A stretch of DNA of 64,000 bases from Trueperaceae bacterium (GCA_965213925.1 OZ243927.1:256001-320000), one strand, 5' to 3'. Positions 30,807-40,407 are shown, numbered from the stretch's first letter. Made by a program: numbers and translations. The notes: generated by a model not told the origin, from the letters alone.

Positions 30807-30992
30807 TACGGATTCCGTTTAATTCCCTATCATCGAGAAAAGCGCTCGATGATAGTCCATACACTCCATCCGTATGATTGTTCCTTCTCGCATCCGCTCG
30901 CACGTTTCATTGCTACAGCAATGAAACGTGGAAATGCTACTTCATTGGGAAGGCTAGCCAAGCCTCTCAGTTTCACCAGAAAGGAACCGAAC

Positions 30993-31220
30993 GTGAACTT
31001 CGAACCCCCAGCAGAACAACAACGCTACCTCTGTCCAGACGAGCACGGGACGTGGTTTGTTCAGCAGGACGCGCTGACGCTCGAGTGGCTGTTGGGGCAG
31101 AACCCTCGCCACACCTCTTTCAGAATCGCCGCGCCCGTTCCCATCTGCGCCTTATGTGGCAGCACCTTAGTCGAGGTAGCCACGCTCGAGGCTTGGCTAG
31201 ACGGGAAGATGACGGCTTGA
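30993..31220 (+). CDS. Small hypothetical protein with possible Zn ligands (CPDEH...CALC)
   Basis: GTG after an AAGGAA RBS, in the frame of ORF 30849-31220. Confidence 0.45.
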   Translation: MNFEPPAEQQRYLCPDEHGTWFVQQDALTLEWLLGQNPRHTSFRIAAPVPICALCGSTLVEVATLEAWLDGKMTA

Positions 31221-31471
31221 GGACAGACCTTGACGATGACGCATCGCAGAACGGCGATGTGGCAACAGAATAACATCATTTTCAGGGTCGCAGACCTAGA
31301 CGATGTTTTCGCCGCGGTGAGGGCGGTGCTGGAAGCTGAAGACGGTACCTGACAGCCGTTTCGCGAAGTCGGGCAAAAAGGACGCTTACCTATCCAGACT
31401 GTGCCTTGCGAGACTATTTGTGCTATAACTGTAAGTCACAACTCAATCCACTCTGAAGGGAAGTGAGGCTC

Positions 31472-32497
31472 ATGGACAAGCAGAGTCAGTGGCAAAAGGT
31501 CTACGGCTACGTCATGGGGAACCAGGCGACTTGGCTGACCAACATCGGTTTGAGGACGGGTTTGTTCAAGGCAGTTCGCGAAGCAGAAGATGGAATTCAT
31601 GAGACCGAGCTGGCAGAAAAATTAGGCTTCAAAGAACGCTACGTCCAGGTATGGTGTCGAGGGGCTTACGCCTTTGAGCTGCTCGAGTGGGACGAGGCGA
31701 CAGGCTACACGCTTGCGCCCCATCTGGACGCTTTACTTTTAGACCCGACGGACCCACAGTTTTTAGGGGGACGTGTCCAGTTCTTCGCAGCGCTTTACGA
31801 GGACTACTTAGCGTTTCCGAAGTATCTCGAGACAGGCGAGATTTGGCCTCGCAGTGAACACGACCCCTTTTTAATTGAAGCCTTAAAGAGGTTGACTTTA
31901 GCAGATTGCCATATGATTACCGACCACGTTTTGCCGCAAGCAGAAGCAACCTTAGCCAAATTAGAGGAAGGTGGCACGATTCTGGATATCGGCGCGGGTG
32001 GAGGTTCGCACACAGTTCACTACGCCAAGCGGTTTCCAAACTCAAAAGTGGTCGGTCTGGAATATGACGAGCCTAGCATCCAGCTAGCGCAAAATACGCT
32101 CGCTGAAGCTGGTATTTCTAACGCCGAAATCGTTCACGGCGACGCCAATCAGCTTGAAGACTGGGACGAGTATGACCTCATCACCATGAACATCGCGCTG
32201 CATGAAACAGGTGGACCAGAGCAATACTTAGACGTCCTTCAGCGCAGCAAAAAAGCCTTGAAAGAGAACGGCACAGTTGTTGTTTCTGAGTTGCCCTATC
32301 CAGATTCCCCTAAAGCCTACCGAGATTCGATGATCTACAAAATTCTCGCTGGCGTGCAACTTCATGAAGCGCTTGTGGGTTGCGGTATGATTACTCAGGG
32401 ACAACTTAAAGACCTCTTCGAAGCCGCCGAATTCAGCAACATCCGAGTCGCCGAGCAGCCTGTAGCGGCAAGGTTTGTGATGCTCGGTGAACGGTAG
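31472..32497 (+). CDS. Class I SAM-dependent methyltransferase with N-terminal winged helix
   Basis: ILDIGAGGG, VVGLEYD, HGDA and YDLI...ALHE motifs. Confidence 0.88.
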   Translation: MDKQSQWQKVYGYVMGNQATWLTNIGLRTGLFKAVREAEDGIHETELAEKLGFKERYVQVWCRGAYAFELLEWDEATGYTLAPHLDALLLDPTDPQFLGGRVQFFAALYEDYLAFPKYLETGEIWPRSEHDPFLIEALKRLTLADCHMITDHVLPQAEATLAKLEEGGTILDIGAGGGSHTVHYAKRFPNSKVVGLEYDEPSIQLAQNTLAEAGISNAEIVHGDANQLEDWDEYDLITMNIALHETGGPEQYLDVLQRSKKALKENGTVVVSELPYPDSPKAYRDSMIYKILAGVQLHEALVGCGMITQGQLKDLFEAAEFSNIRVAEQPVAARFVMLGER

Positions 32498-32582
32498 AAA
32501 GTTTTCCGACAGTGAGTATGTTTAGGCGCGGCAAGGTCCGCGAGAGAAGAAAAACCTTTGCCTCACCGTTATCGGAGGCGAG

Positions 32583-33170
32583 CTAGGCGTGAAAGTGAAA
32601 TCTCCGCGGCTCAACCTTGTGCATCAGGACCGCGACCTCTTTTAACCCTAGCGCCTCGTAAAGCGCCCGACGTGCCGTCATCGCACGGCGCGAGCCGAAG
32701 ACGGGACAATGAAACCACCAGGCGTCTTTCAGCCAAACCAACACCTCCCGCACGAAATCTTCCTCAAAATCGCGCTTCGTACCGCGCCTGAGCCAGTACT
32801 CGAGCCGAACGTCGAACCCTAGCAGTCGGGCGGCCGTTGTCTCGTCAACCGCGTAGTCGTCCAGGAAGGGCGCGACTGGGTCGAGGTAGAGCGAACCGAT
32901 GAGGCGGCTTTCGTCGGGGGTAAAGATGCTGAAGCCGTAGGCTAGGTCACGCCCAAAGTCTTCGATATGTCCGGCAAGGTCCTCAGCGTTCTGCTGAAGG
33001 CTGAAGTCGTCCTCAGGCCAGGGGCTGTCGCTCCACGTACGAAGCAGTGCCTTAGACGCCATGACAGCGTCGTAGTCTTTCAGGTTGTCGCCTGGTCGCT
33101 GGCGGTGCAGTCGGAAGCTAGGGGTCACGAGGGTGACAGGCACGGGGTTGCGCTCGGGGTTGCGCGTCAT
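32583..33170 (-). CDS. Hypothetical protein, GNAT (RimJ/RimL)-like
   Basis: DYDAVM.S...L...WP, LIGSLYLDP and YWLR patterns; GGAGG RBS. Confidence 0.6.
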   Translation of the reverse strand: MTRNPERNPVPVTLVTPSFRLHRQRPGDNLKDYDAVMASKALLRTWSDSPWPEDDFSLQQNAEDLAGHIEDFGRDLAYGFSIFTPDESRLIGSLYLDPVAPFLDDYAVDETTAARLLGFDVRLEYWLRRGTKRDFEEDFVREVLVWLKDAWWFHCPVFGSRRAMTARRALYEALGLKEVAVLMHKVEPRRFHFHA

Positions 33171-33399
33171 AAGACCTCCTCAAAGCTATCAGGTCTAGTT
33201 ACGTGTGCTCTTTTGGTATCTTATCTATTTGCGCCCACCGCTCGCCCGGTATGAAACGCTTCCATCATACTCCTGGCTGACCGTTGAATAAGCTCGGTCG
33301 TTTGGCGAGCGGTGCCCGAGGTTTTGTATGGCAGCTCGCGCGACTAATGCACGAACCGATTTCGCCCAAACCGCAGCCCTGGCGATATGAGCACCTATT

Positions 33400-33571
33400 A
33401 GGGCCGCTCCGCACGCTTCCCCCACCTTCTGAGGGCACCGTTTCCGCTTGCCTCTGACTGTTCGGTTTGGCTCCAGCAAGCCGTTTGAACGCCCCCAGCT
33501 TTAACTTCTTGACCTCACCCCACCTCACGCCCCACTGTGAGATGCGCGGGCTAATCTTGCAAAAGGTATAA
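33400..33571 (-). pseudogene. Degraded IS5-family-like transposase N-terminus with IS end
   Basis: MRWGEVKKLKLGAFKRLAGAKP resembles the start of IS5/ISL2-type transposases; preceded by a TATACCTTTTGCAAGA end-like sequence; the frame then degenerates. Confidence 0.5.
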
Positions 33572-33696
33572 TGTACTAAAAACGTTCATAGACACGTGGT
33601 GTTTTGCAAAGTCCTCCGCGCGTAATCACCGTGTAGCGCAAAACCGTCATGGAACCGCTGCACCTGAAGTACTTTCGGGAGGAGTACACTCGAAGC

Positions 33697-34422
33697 GTGC
33701 GCGTGGCAATCATTGCTGACATCCAAGGAAACGCTGTAGCTCTGGAGCAGGTACTCCTTCATATGCGCCGGCTAGACATCGATGAAGTCGTGTGTTTGGG
33801 CGACGTCGCCTCCGGTCCCGAGCCGGGCGCGGTGCTCGAGCTTCTCCGTCTACACAGATGCCACACGGTGCTTGGGAACATGGACGCGGTTATCCTCGAG
33901 CCAAGGTCTTACACAGACCTTGGCGAAGCGGAACACAAGTACGCCGAGATGGACGTTTGGTGCCACGCGCAGCTCTCGGAAGTGGATAAAGCCTTTATGC
34001 ACTCGTTCGAACCGACCGTTTCGGTCGAGCTGGGCGGTGAAGTAACACTTCTCTGCTGTCACGGCTCGCCGCTCTCTTTTGACGACGTCATCGAGGTAAC
34101 GACGTCGGAAGACGAGCTGGCGCAGTACTTCCAGGGCATTGCGGCGCAGCTCCTGGCGACCGGGCATATGCACAATCCCATGCTGCGGCGTTACCGTGAC
34201 GCAACGCTATTCAACCCTGGCAGCGTGGGCTTTCCCAATCTGCGGGTCGCAGGCGAGAAGCGGCCTCTGGTAGCCTCTTACGTGGTCGTTCAGCGAGAGC
34301 GAGGCACGGTAGATGTCGCGTTCTACAGCGTTCCTTACGCTCCTGAGGTGTTCGCGGCGCAGGTCTTGCGAAGCGGCGTGCCCCATGTTGCCTGGTTCTT
34401 GAGCGAGTGGAGTCTTGAGTAG
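33697..34422 (+). CDS. Metallophosphoesterase (YfcE/PPP-like)
   Basis: IADIQGN, CLGDV, GNMD, CHGSP, TGHMH and NPGSVG motifs; leaderless TACACT-N6-GTG. Confidence 0.88.
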   Translation: MRVAIIADIQGNAVALEQVLLHMRRLDIDEVVCLGDVASGPEPGAVLELLRLHRCHTVLGNMDAVILEPRSYTDLGEAEHKYAEMDVWCHAQLSEVDKAFMHSFEPTVSVELGGEVTLLCCHGSPLSFDDVIEVTTSEDELAQYFQGIAAQLLATGHMHNPMLRRYRDATLFNPGSVGFPNLRVAGEKRPLVASYVVVQRERGTVDVAFYSVPYAPEVFAAQVLRSGVPHVAWFLSEWSLE

Positions 34423-34734
34423 AACACCTCCTTCTATGCAAGCAAGACTTAGCGAAACGACAATTATTGGTTCGTCCGGTAAATCATGTGCAGGTTCCGA
34501 AATCGAGTTTTCGCGTTGCGAACGCAAGCCAACGGACCAATAAACGGTAGCGAACTTGCCGGAACCAAGTATGTCAAGAGCAAGGCCCTAGGGAAGGAAC
34601 TGAACCGATTGGAACGCTGTGAACTGGCGAGCTGTCAATTGGCGGGTTCGCAATCTGAGAGGGCGAATCTTCAGGGCTACTACGAGCTTATCGCGGTAGC
34701 TTCGTGATTGGCTTGAGCCGTGTGCGGTGAAAGT

Positions 34735-37170
34735 GTGCGCCGTGGTGCGCATTGAGTGAATTGCCAACGGAGTTGGCCGGGGTTCAGGGCAAACGACCCC
34801 GAGGCGGATGCCTAACCTGAGCTCGAAAGGAGGGAGGGGACAAGAGCATGGCATTAAAGCGGAGCGCAAAGGAAGACGTGTACGATGCGGCTCTGCAACG
34901 CCTGAATGATAAGGCTAAGACTGGATTGTTTGAACGCCAATAGCCAGCGGTGGTCACGCACACCCGTCGGTAGCACGTCTGTACACCGACGCCATCAGGA
35001 CATTTGGATTCAAGTTTCGTCCAAATGACGCTCTGCTTGATGGGCGATGAACAATGAGTTCATCCAAGGCTATGAGTGGCGAGCCTAAGTCGTTCTAGCA
35101 CGTTCCTCAGTGACGAAACACGGGATTGCCTAAGGGACGCGAGTCCTAAGGTAACGGAGGTCTCGTAGTAGTCGTGGGCGTCACGCCCCACCAGGGAGAG
35201 CGGGAGAGCCGTTCGCAGGGCGAAGGAGACCAGGTAATCATGATGGAAAGGAACTGTGAGGTACGCGAGATGCGAACCGCCGAAACGGTACTCACCATCC
35301 TACGTGAACGCGGCCAGCGTGGCCTGCCGGTTAAAAGGGTGTATCGCCTACTCTACCGGCCTGACCTCTACCTGCGCGCCTACGCCAAGCTCTACAAGAA
35401 CGAAGGCGCACTGACACCAGGTGCCTCGGACGAAACCGTGGACGGGATGTCCCTAGCGAAAATTGATACCATCATCGAGGCGCTACGCCAAGAGCGGTAT
35501 CGGTGGACGCCGGTACGACGCCGTTACATTCCCAAAAAGAATGGCAAGATGCGGCCTCTAGGGATGCCTTCCTGGTCGGACAAACTTCTTCAAGAAGTTA
35601 TCCGCTCCATCCTGGAAGCCTATTATGAACCGCGGTTCAGCGACCGTTCTCACGGCTTTCGACCGAAACGGGGATGCCACACAGCTTTGCGCAAAGTCAC
35701 CCAAGAGGGTCGAGGTACAAAGTGGTTTATCGAGGGAGATATCTGCTCGTGTTTCGACAAGATTAACTTCGATGTCTTGTTGAACATCTTGCAGAAGAGC
35801 TTCCACGACAACCGCTTCCTGCGGCTTATCAAGGGGCTGCTCGAAGCTGGCTACCTGGAGAACTGGACCTTTCACCAGACCTACAGCGGTGTGCCGCAAG
35901 GGTCGATTGTCGGTCCAATCCTCACCAACCTGGTTCTGGACAGGCTGGACAAGTTTGTCGAGCACGAACTGATACCAGCTTACACACGCGGCGAACGCCG
36001 CAAGACCTACCCCCCGTATGTCGCCATCGCCAAAGCCGCTCACGACGCTCGGAAAGCAGGGAACTGGGAGACCGCGCGGCAACTGAGCCAGCAGGCCCAG
36101 ACAATGCCGTCGCGCGACCCCGATGACCCGAACTTCCGGCGATTGTGGTACCAAAGGTATGCCGATGACTTTCTGCTGGGGCTGAAAGGGCCAAAAGACG
36201 AGGCCGTGGCTATCAAGCAAGAGATTGCCGCCTTCTTACGCGACGAACTCAAGCTTGAGCTTAGCGAGGATAAGACCCTGCTGACCCACGCGCGCACGCA
36301 GAAAGCGCGTTTCCTGGGCTATGAGGTCCACATTCTTCACGCTGACGATAAACACGACCACCGGGGACAACGCTGCATCAACGGCAGCGTCGGACTCCGG
36401 GTACCGTCGCACGTCATGAAAGCGCACTGCGCCAAGTACATGCGACGCGGCAAGCCCATTCACCTCCCACAAAGGCTCAGCAGCGATGCTTACAGCATCG
36501 TCAGCCAATATCAAGCGGAATACCGCGGGGTCGTGCAGTATTACCGCATGGCCTACAACCTCCACACGCTGGGCCGACTCAAGCGCGTCACAGAACTCTC
36601 GCTAGTGAAAACGCTGGCGAATAAGTTCAGGACGAGTTGCCAGAAAATCTATCGGCGCTACCGCACCACCATCGACCTCAAGGAGGGCAGCTATAAAGTC
36701 CTTCAAGTCAAAGTGGACCGTGGTCCTAAAAAGAAGCCACTCATCACCCACTTTGGCGGCATCCCGTTACGGTGGAACAAATGGGTAGCCTTGGACGACA
36801 ACCAGAACAGTAAGATTTGGAACGGGCGTAATGAAGTGGTGGACCGCCTTTTAGCGCAAAGCTGTGAGCTTTGTGGGTCGGTGGAGCACGTCGAAGTGCA
36901 TCACGTCCGAAAACTGGCAGACCTTGAACAAAGAGGGCGTAAGTCACGGCCCGAATGGATGCAAAGGATGTCGGCTCGCCGACGCAAGACGCTGGTGGTC
37001 TGCCTCACCTGCCACCAAGACATCCATAAAGGGCACTACCACGGGAAAGGACTTTCATGTTGAGATTACTGGAGAGCCCCGTGACACGGAAAGCGGTCAT
37101 GCGGGGTTCGGAGGGGGGATGTTGGAAAAGCGCTATCTTTGATAGGCAGCTCGCTGGCATCCTACCCTAC
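34735..37170 (+). mobile_element. Inner group IIA intron (ML class, LtrA-like IEP)
   Basis: 5' GTGCG at 34735; domain V at 37074-37109; domain VI with bulged A at 37164; 3' end CCCTAC; RT ORF inside. Confidence 0.93.
35270..37063 (+). CDS. ltrA: Group II intron reverse transcriptase/maturase with C-terminal HNH endonuclease
   Basis: YIPKKNGKMRPLG, SHGFRPKRGCHTAL, GVPQGS and RYADDF motifs, a maturase region, and CELC...HHVRKL...CLTCH..IH; likely start MRTAETVL after GAGG. Confidence 0.95.
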   Translation: MRTAETVLTILRERGQRGLPVKRVYRLLYRPDLYLRAYAKLYKNEGALTPGASDETVDGMSLAKIDTIIEALRQERYRWTPVRRRYIPKKNGKMRPLGMPSWSDKLLQEVIRSILEAYYEPRFSDRSHGFRPKRGCHTALRKVTQEGRGTKWFIEGDICSCFDKINFDVLLNILQKSFHDNRFLRLIKGLLEAGYLENWTFHQTYSGVPQGSIVGPILTNLVLDRLDKFVEHELIPAYTRGERRKTYPPYVAIAKAAHDARKAGNWETARQLSQQAQTMPSRDPDDPNFRRLWYQRYADDFLLGLKGPKDEAVAIKQEIAAFLRDELKLELSEDKTLLTHARTQKARFLGYEVHILHADDKHDHRGQRCINGSVGLRVPSHVMKAHCAKYMRRGKPIHLPQRLSSDAYSIVSQYQAEYRGVVQYYRMAYNLHTLGRLKRVTELSLVKTLANKFRTSCQKIYRRYRTTIDLKEGSYKVLQVKVDRGPKKKPLITHFGGIPLRWNKWVALDDNQNSKIWNGRNEVVDRLLAQSCELCGSVEHVEVHHVRKLADLEQRGRKSRPEWMQRMSARRRKTLVVCLTCHQDIHKGHYHGKGLSC

Positions 37171-37289
37171 CGCACGCACGGCTCTTAGGGGGCGGGAGAC
37201 CGTCACCGGTCTCCCGCTACCCGACCTTGCGCACAGCCACCCCGTGCGGCGACACGGTAACTTCTATTGCCAATAGGTAAGCTCGTGGT

Positions 37290-38252
37290 GTGAGTAGACA
37301 GAAAGTCAGCCCCGTCCAAACCCTTGTCGCCTCCTTGCTGCGCGGCGCACTCAAGCTCGGCTTTGGTCCGCAGGCGCTTAGCTTAATGAGTCGCTCGATG
37401 AGCGCGCCTAAGCTCAAGCGGCGAGCCTTCGCCGACTATACACCGAACGAACACGACGTGGTCGTCTGCACCTACGCCAAGAGCGGCACCAACTGGATGC
37501 TCCAGATCGTCACGCAAGTCGCGCACCTAGGCGGGGGCGAATTCGAACACATCCACGACCTGGTTCCTTGGCCCGACCCGCCGATGCCAGGCCTCGTAGA
37601 CCTTAAAGAGCCCACTTGGGATAGCGCCCCGACGAAGCTTCGGGCCGTCAAGACGCACTGGGAAGCGCCCTTTGTCCCCTACAACCCGGATGCCCGTTAC
37701 ATCATTGTCGTCCGCGATCCTAAAGACGTGCTCGTATCGAGCTACCACTTCGCTGACAGCATCTTCTCGGGCGTGCGCGAGCACGTATCACCTGAGACTT
37801 GGACGCACCTATTCGCAAGAGGTCGGTCGCCCTTCGGTTCGTGGGCAGCGCACACAGCCAGCTTCTGGCCCTGGCGGGAGCGAACGAACGCACTTTTTGT
37901 CCGCTTCGAGGAGATGAAAGCCGACCTTGAGGGGACGGTGCGGCGTGTTGCCGAGTTCATGGATGTTCCTCTCACGGAAGTACAACTTGGGGAGGTCGTT
38001 CGCAAGAGCAGCTTCAACTACATGAAAGCCATCGACCACAAGTTCGCGCCGCCTTCGGCCGCACCAGGGCGCGAACAGGCCGTCATGTTGCGCAGCGGCG
38101 AGACGGGGCAGGCGAAAGCGTTCCTGAGCGCGGCGCAGCGGCGGGAGGTAGACCGGGCGATGGCGCGAGAAGTCGAGCTACTCGGCTCGGACTTCCCCTT
38201 TGAGCAGTTCTATGGGCGGCAACTTGAGCCGAAACAGGTGGGCGTCACTTAG
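37290..38252 (+). CDS. Sulfotransferase (Sulfotransfer_1)
   Basis: TYAKSGTNW (5'-PSB), KTH, RDPKDVLVS (3'-PB) and RFEEMK motifs; leaderless TAAGCT-N6-GTG. Confidence 0.9.
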   Translation: MSRQKVSPVQTLVASLLRGALKLGFGPQALSLMSRSMSAPKLKRRAFADYTPNEHDVVVCTYAKSGTNWMLQIVTQVAHLGGGEFEHIHDLVPWPDPPMPGLVDLKEPTWDSAPTKLRAVKTHWEAPFVPYNPDARYIIVVRDPKDVLVSSYHFADSIFSGVREHVSPETWTHLFARGRSPFGSWAAHTASFWPWRERTNALFVRFEEMKADLEGTVRRVAEFMDVPLTEVQLGEVVRKSSFNYMKAIDHKFAPPSAAPGREQAVMLRSGETGQAKAFLSAAQRREVDRAMAREVELLGSDFPFEQFYGRQLEPKQVGVT

Positions 38253-38330
38253 AGGATTGGTAAGGGGCTAGCGTGTGCAGGTTTTGCAGGCGTTCTGCGA
38301 GAGTTGCGCGCAACTCTCGCAAAAGGTGTG

Positions 38331-38491
38331 ATACCGTTTCCGGTTAAACACGAAACTTTACTCCGTTTCGTGTTTAACCCGAGCGGATGCGAGAATAAAG
38401 AGCTACGGATTCCGATGATTACGAAATCAACTCCGACTCCGTAGAAGCACGCAGTGTCGGAGTTTATGCAGTAATCAATCGGAATCCGTAT
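38331..38491 (-). repeat. Family B repeat, inverted relative to the 26272 copy
   Basis: Reverse complement begins ATACGGATTCCGATTGATTACTGCATAAACTCCG, nearly identical to 26272 onward. Confidence 0.78.
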
Positions 38492-38498
38492 GACTCGC

Positions 38499-38708
38499 TT
38501 AAACGCTAATGGCGTTTACGTTGAAGTACGGATTGCCAAACCAATAGGTCGAGGTATAGGCTAGGTACGCGCCCAGTATGTAAATTGCGCCGTGCGCGAA
38601 GTTGAGAATGCCCAGCACGCCGAAAATGATACTGAGACCGCCCGCGATGATGAAGAGCAACATATCGACGTCTAAGCTGTTGAGGAGCGCCGCTACAACC
38701 GTGCTCAT
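38499..38708 (-). pseudogene. Truncated branched-chain amino acid ABC permease (LivH-like N-terminus)
   Basis: GLSIIFGVLGILNFAHGAIY is the LivH N-terminal motif; the ORF stops after 69 aa, next to a family B repeat. Confidence 0.8.
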
Positions 38709-38735
38709 GATGGAGTGCTCATAAGACCGCCTACC

Positions 38736-39500
38736 CTACTCGAGCGAGCAGCCCGTCTCGGACGGGGCAGGGGTCACTTGGTCGCCGGGGATTTGTTGCA
38801 GGGGCTCGAGGGTACGGATGGGCAGGTCTTCACTCACCGCCGTCACGCCCCAAATAGCGGGCAAGATGGCTTGGTGGTCCTCGGGTCGGAAGGTGCGCGT
38901 GCCTGCCGGGGTCTCGAGCGTCAGCCCCGAGAGCGCCTCTATGACTGCGTCCGGCTTGGTCGAGCCCGCTTGCTCAATGGCTGCTTTGTAGGCGTAGAGC
39001 GTGCTGTACGCGCCCTCCGCGTTGTAGGAGGGCAGCGCGTCGTAGCGCTCTTGGTAGGCGTTCACGAAGTCCTGGTTGACCTGCGCGTCGTTGCCGTCAA
39101 ACCAGTAGCGCGTCCCGACCCAGATGCCCTCGGGCATCCGATCTTCTAGCGCGTAGAGCACCTCGGTCGCGCCGCCCAAGGTCATCAAGATAAAGCCCAG
39201 GTTGCTCGCCTGCCGCACGAAGTTGATGAGGTCGCCGCCCCAGAGCGAGATGAGCACCCCCTCGGGCTGCGCGTCGATGATGCGGGTGATGAAAGGCGCG
39301 TAGTCCTGTGCGCCGAAAGGCGGAAAGGCGGTCTCGCTCATGAACTCCGCGCCGCTGATCTCCTCTACGGCGTACTGCCGAAAGAAGTCCCACGACTGCC
39401 GCCCGAAGGCGTAGTCAGGACCGATGGTGGTCCAGCGCTCGGCGTCTAGGTTCTCCGCCGCGACCATCGCCGCCGCCCGGATGTTCTGGTTGATGTTTAC
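38736..39500 (-). pseudogene. 5'-truncated branched-chain amino acid ABC substrate-binding protein (LivK-like)
   Basis: PDYAFG, DYAPFITRI, LWGGDL and TPAG..TFR.EDHQA motifs; no signal peptide or N-terminal part; in-frame stop at 39501-39503. Confidence 0.78.
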
Positions 39501-39739
39501 TTATCTCGCACTTAGGACAACGTCTATCCAGTAAACTCGCTTGGGAGTAGGTTTGGTCTTCCACAACCCATTCTTACCCCTCCTTTTTGCTCAACCGACT
39601 TTTCGTACTACCTCCTAGGACGCTTAAAGTTGACAGCGATTTTCAAATGGGTTTTAATGAGGGTTCGCGTTTGATACTTACTCGAAAACGCAGCTGAACC
39701 GCGGCGTAGTCCGCGCTAAACCGAATTGAATAAACGCAG

Positions 39740-39836
39740 CTATCATCCCCGAACGTGCGAGCCAACGTGTATTTACTCCCTTCAGAGCGTTTTTAGTCAG
39801 CTCCGAGCGCACGTGAGACAGATTTTGATACCTGCT
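39740..39836 (+). repeat. Family A repeat, long subtype, upstream of speD
   Basis: TCAGCTCCGAGCGCACGTGAGACAGATTTTGATACCTGCT. Confidence 0.7.
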
Positions 39837-39850
39837 GTGAAGGCGGTGAA

Positions 39851-40243
39851 ATGCACGCATTAGGTAGACAGATTTTAGTCGAATTTTACGGTTGTGACGA
39901 AGCGGTCCTAACCGATACGGCGAACCTTAGAGAGGTCATGTTGGAGGGCACCAGACGCTCGGGCGCAACGATCATCTCCAACGAGTTTCACACCTTCAGC
40001 CCGCACGGGGTCTCCGGCGTCATCGTCATCGCCGAGTCGCACGTGACGGTTCATACCTGGCCCGAGTTCGGCTACGCGGCGATTGACATCTTTACTTGCG
40101 GTGAAACGATTGACCCCTGGGCGGTCATGCACTACTTAGAGGCGGAGTTTGGGGCGAGTAGCATCTCGAGCATGGAACTCAAGCGCGGCTTGTTCCCCGA
40201 GAAGGTGGCGCATAAGGTCGAGGAAGCCGTCGCGAGTGATTAG
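39851..40243 (+). CDS. speD: S-adenosylmethionine decarboxylase proenzyme (SpeD/SpeH class 1B)
   Basis: FSPHGVSGVIVIAESHVTVHTWPE (E-SH autocleavage site) and DIFTCG. Confidence 0.93.
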   Translation: MHALGRQILVEFYGCDEAVLTDTANLREVMLEGTRRSGATIISNEFHTFSPHGVSGVIVIAESHVTVHTWPEFGYAAIDIFTCGETIDPWAVMHYLEAEFGASSISSMELKRGLFPEKVAHKVEEAVASD

Positions 40244-40248
40244 TCGGA

Positions 40249-40407
40249 TAGCAGGTTCAGAATATACTAGGATAGAGCGGCGCAGATTTCACAGCTTTGC
40301 TGTAACGGAACTTCATCTCCGCAATGTGCGTGCTAAATCATTGCGTACTACGCTTAGAGCATCCGTGACCAGCTCCGAGCGTCAGCGAGACAGACTTTGA
40401 TACCTGC
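40249..40407 (+). repeat. Most complete family A element, with imperfect terminal inverted repeats (TAGCAGGT-TCA ... TGATACCTGC)
   Basis: ~160 bp between speD and speE; contains the 40-bp block identical to 7030-7069. Confidence 0.75.

Larger units (their letters stand above)
34437..37225 (+). mobile_element. Outer ORF-less group II intron (IIB-like, degenerate or 5'-truncated; 5' boundary uncertain), split by the inner intron
   Basis: Joining 34715-34734 to 37171-37184 restores a canonical 34-nt domain V, GAGCCGTGTGCGGTGAAAGTCGCACGCACGGCTC; a domain VI hairpin with bulged A (37219) and an ACCCGAC 3' end follow. Confidence 0.85.

Noticed and set aside
35270..37063. Retron, DGR or defence-associated reverse transcriptase
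   Set aside because: RT, maturase and HNH domains inside clear 5' GTGCG, domain V and domain VI boundaries identify a group II intron protein.
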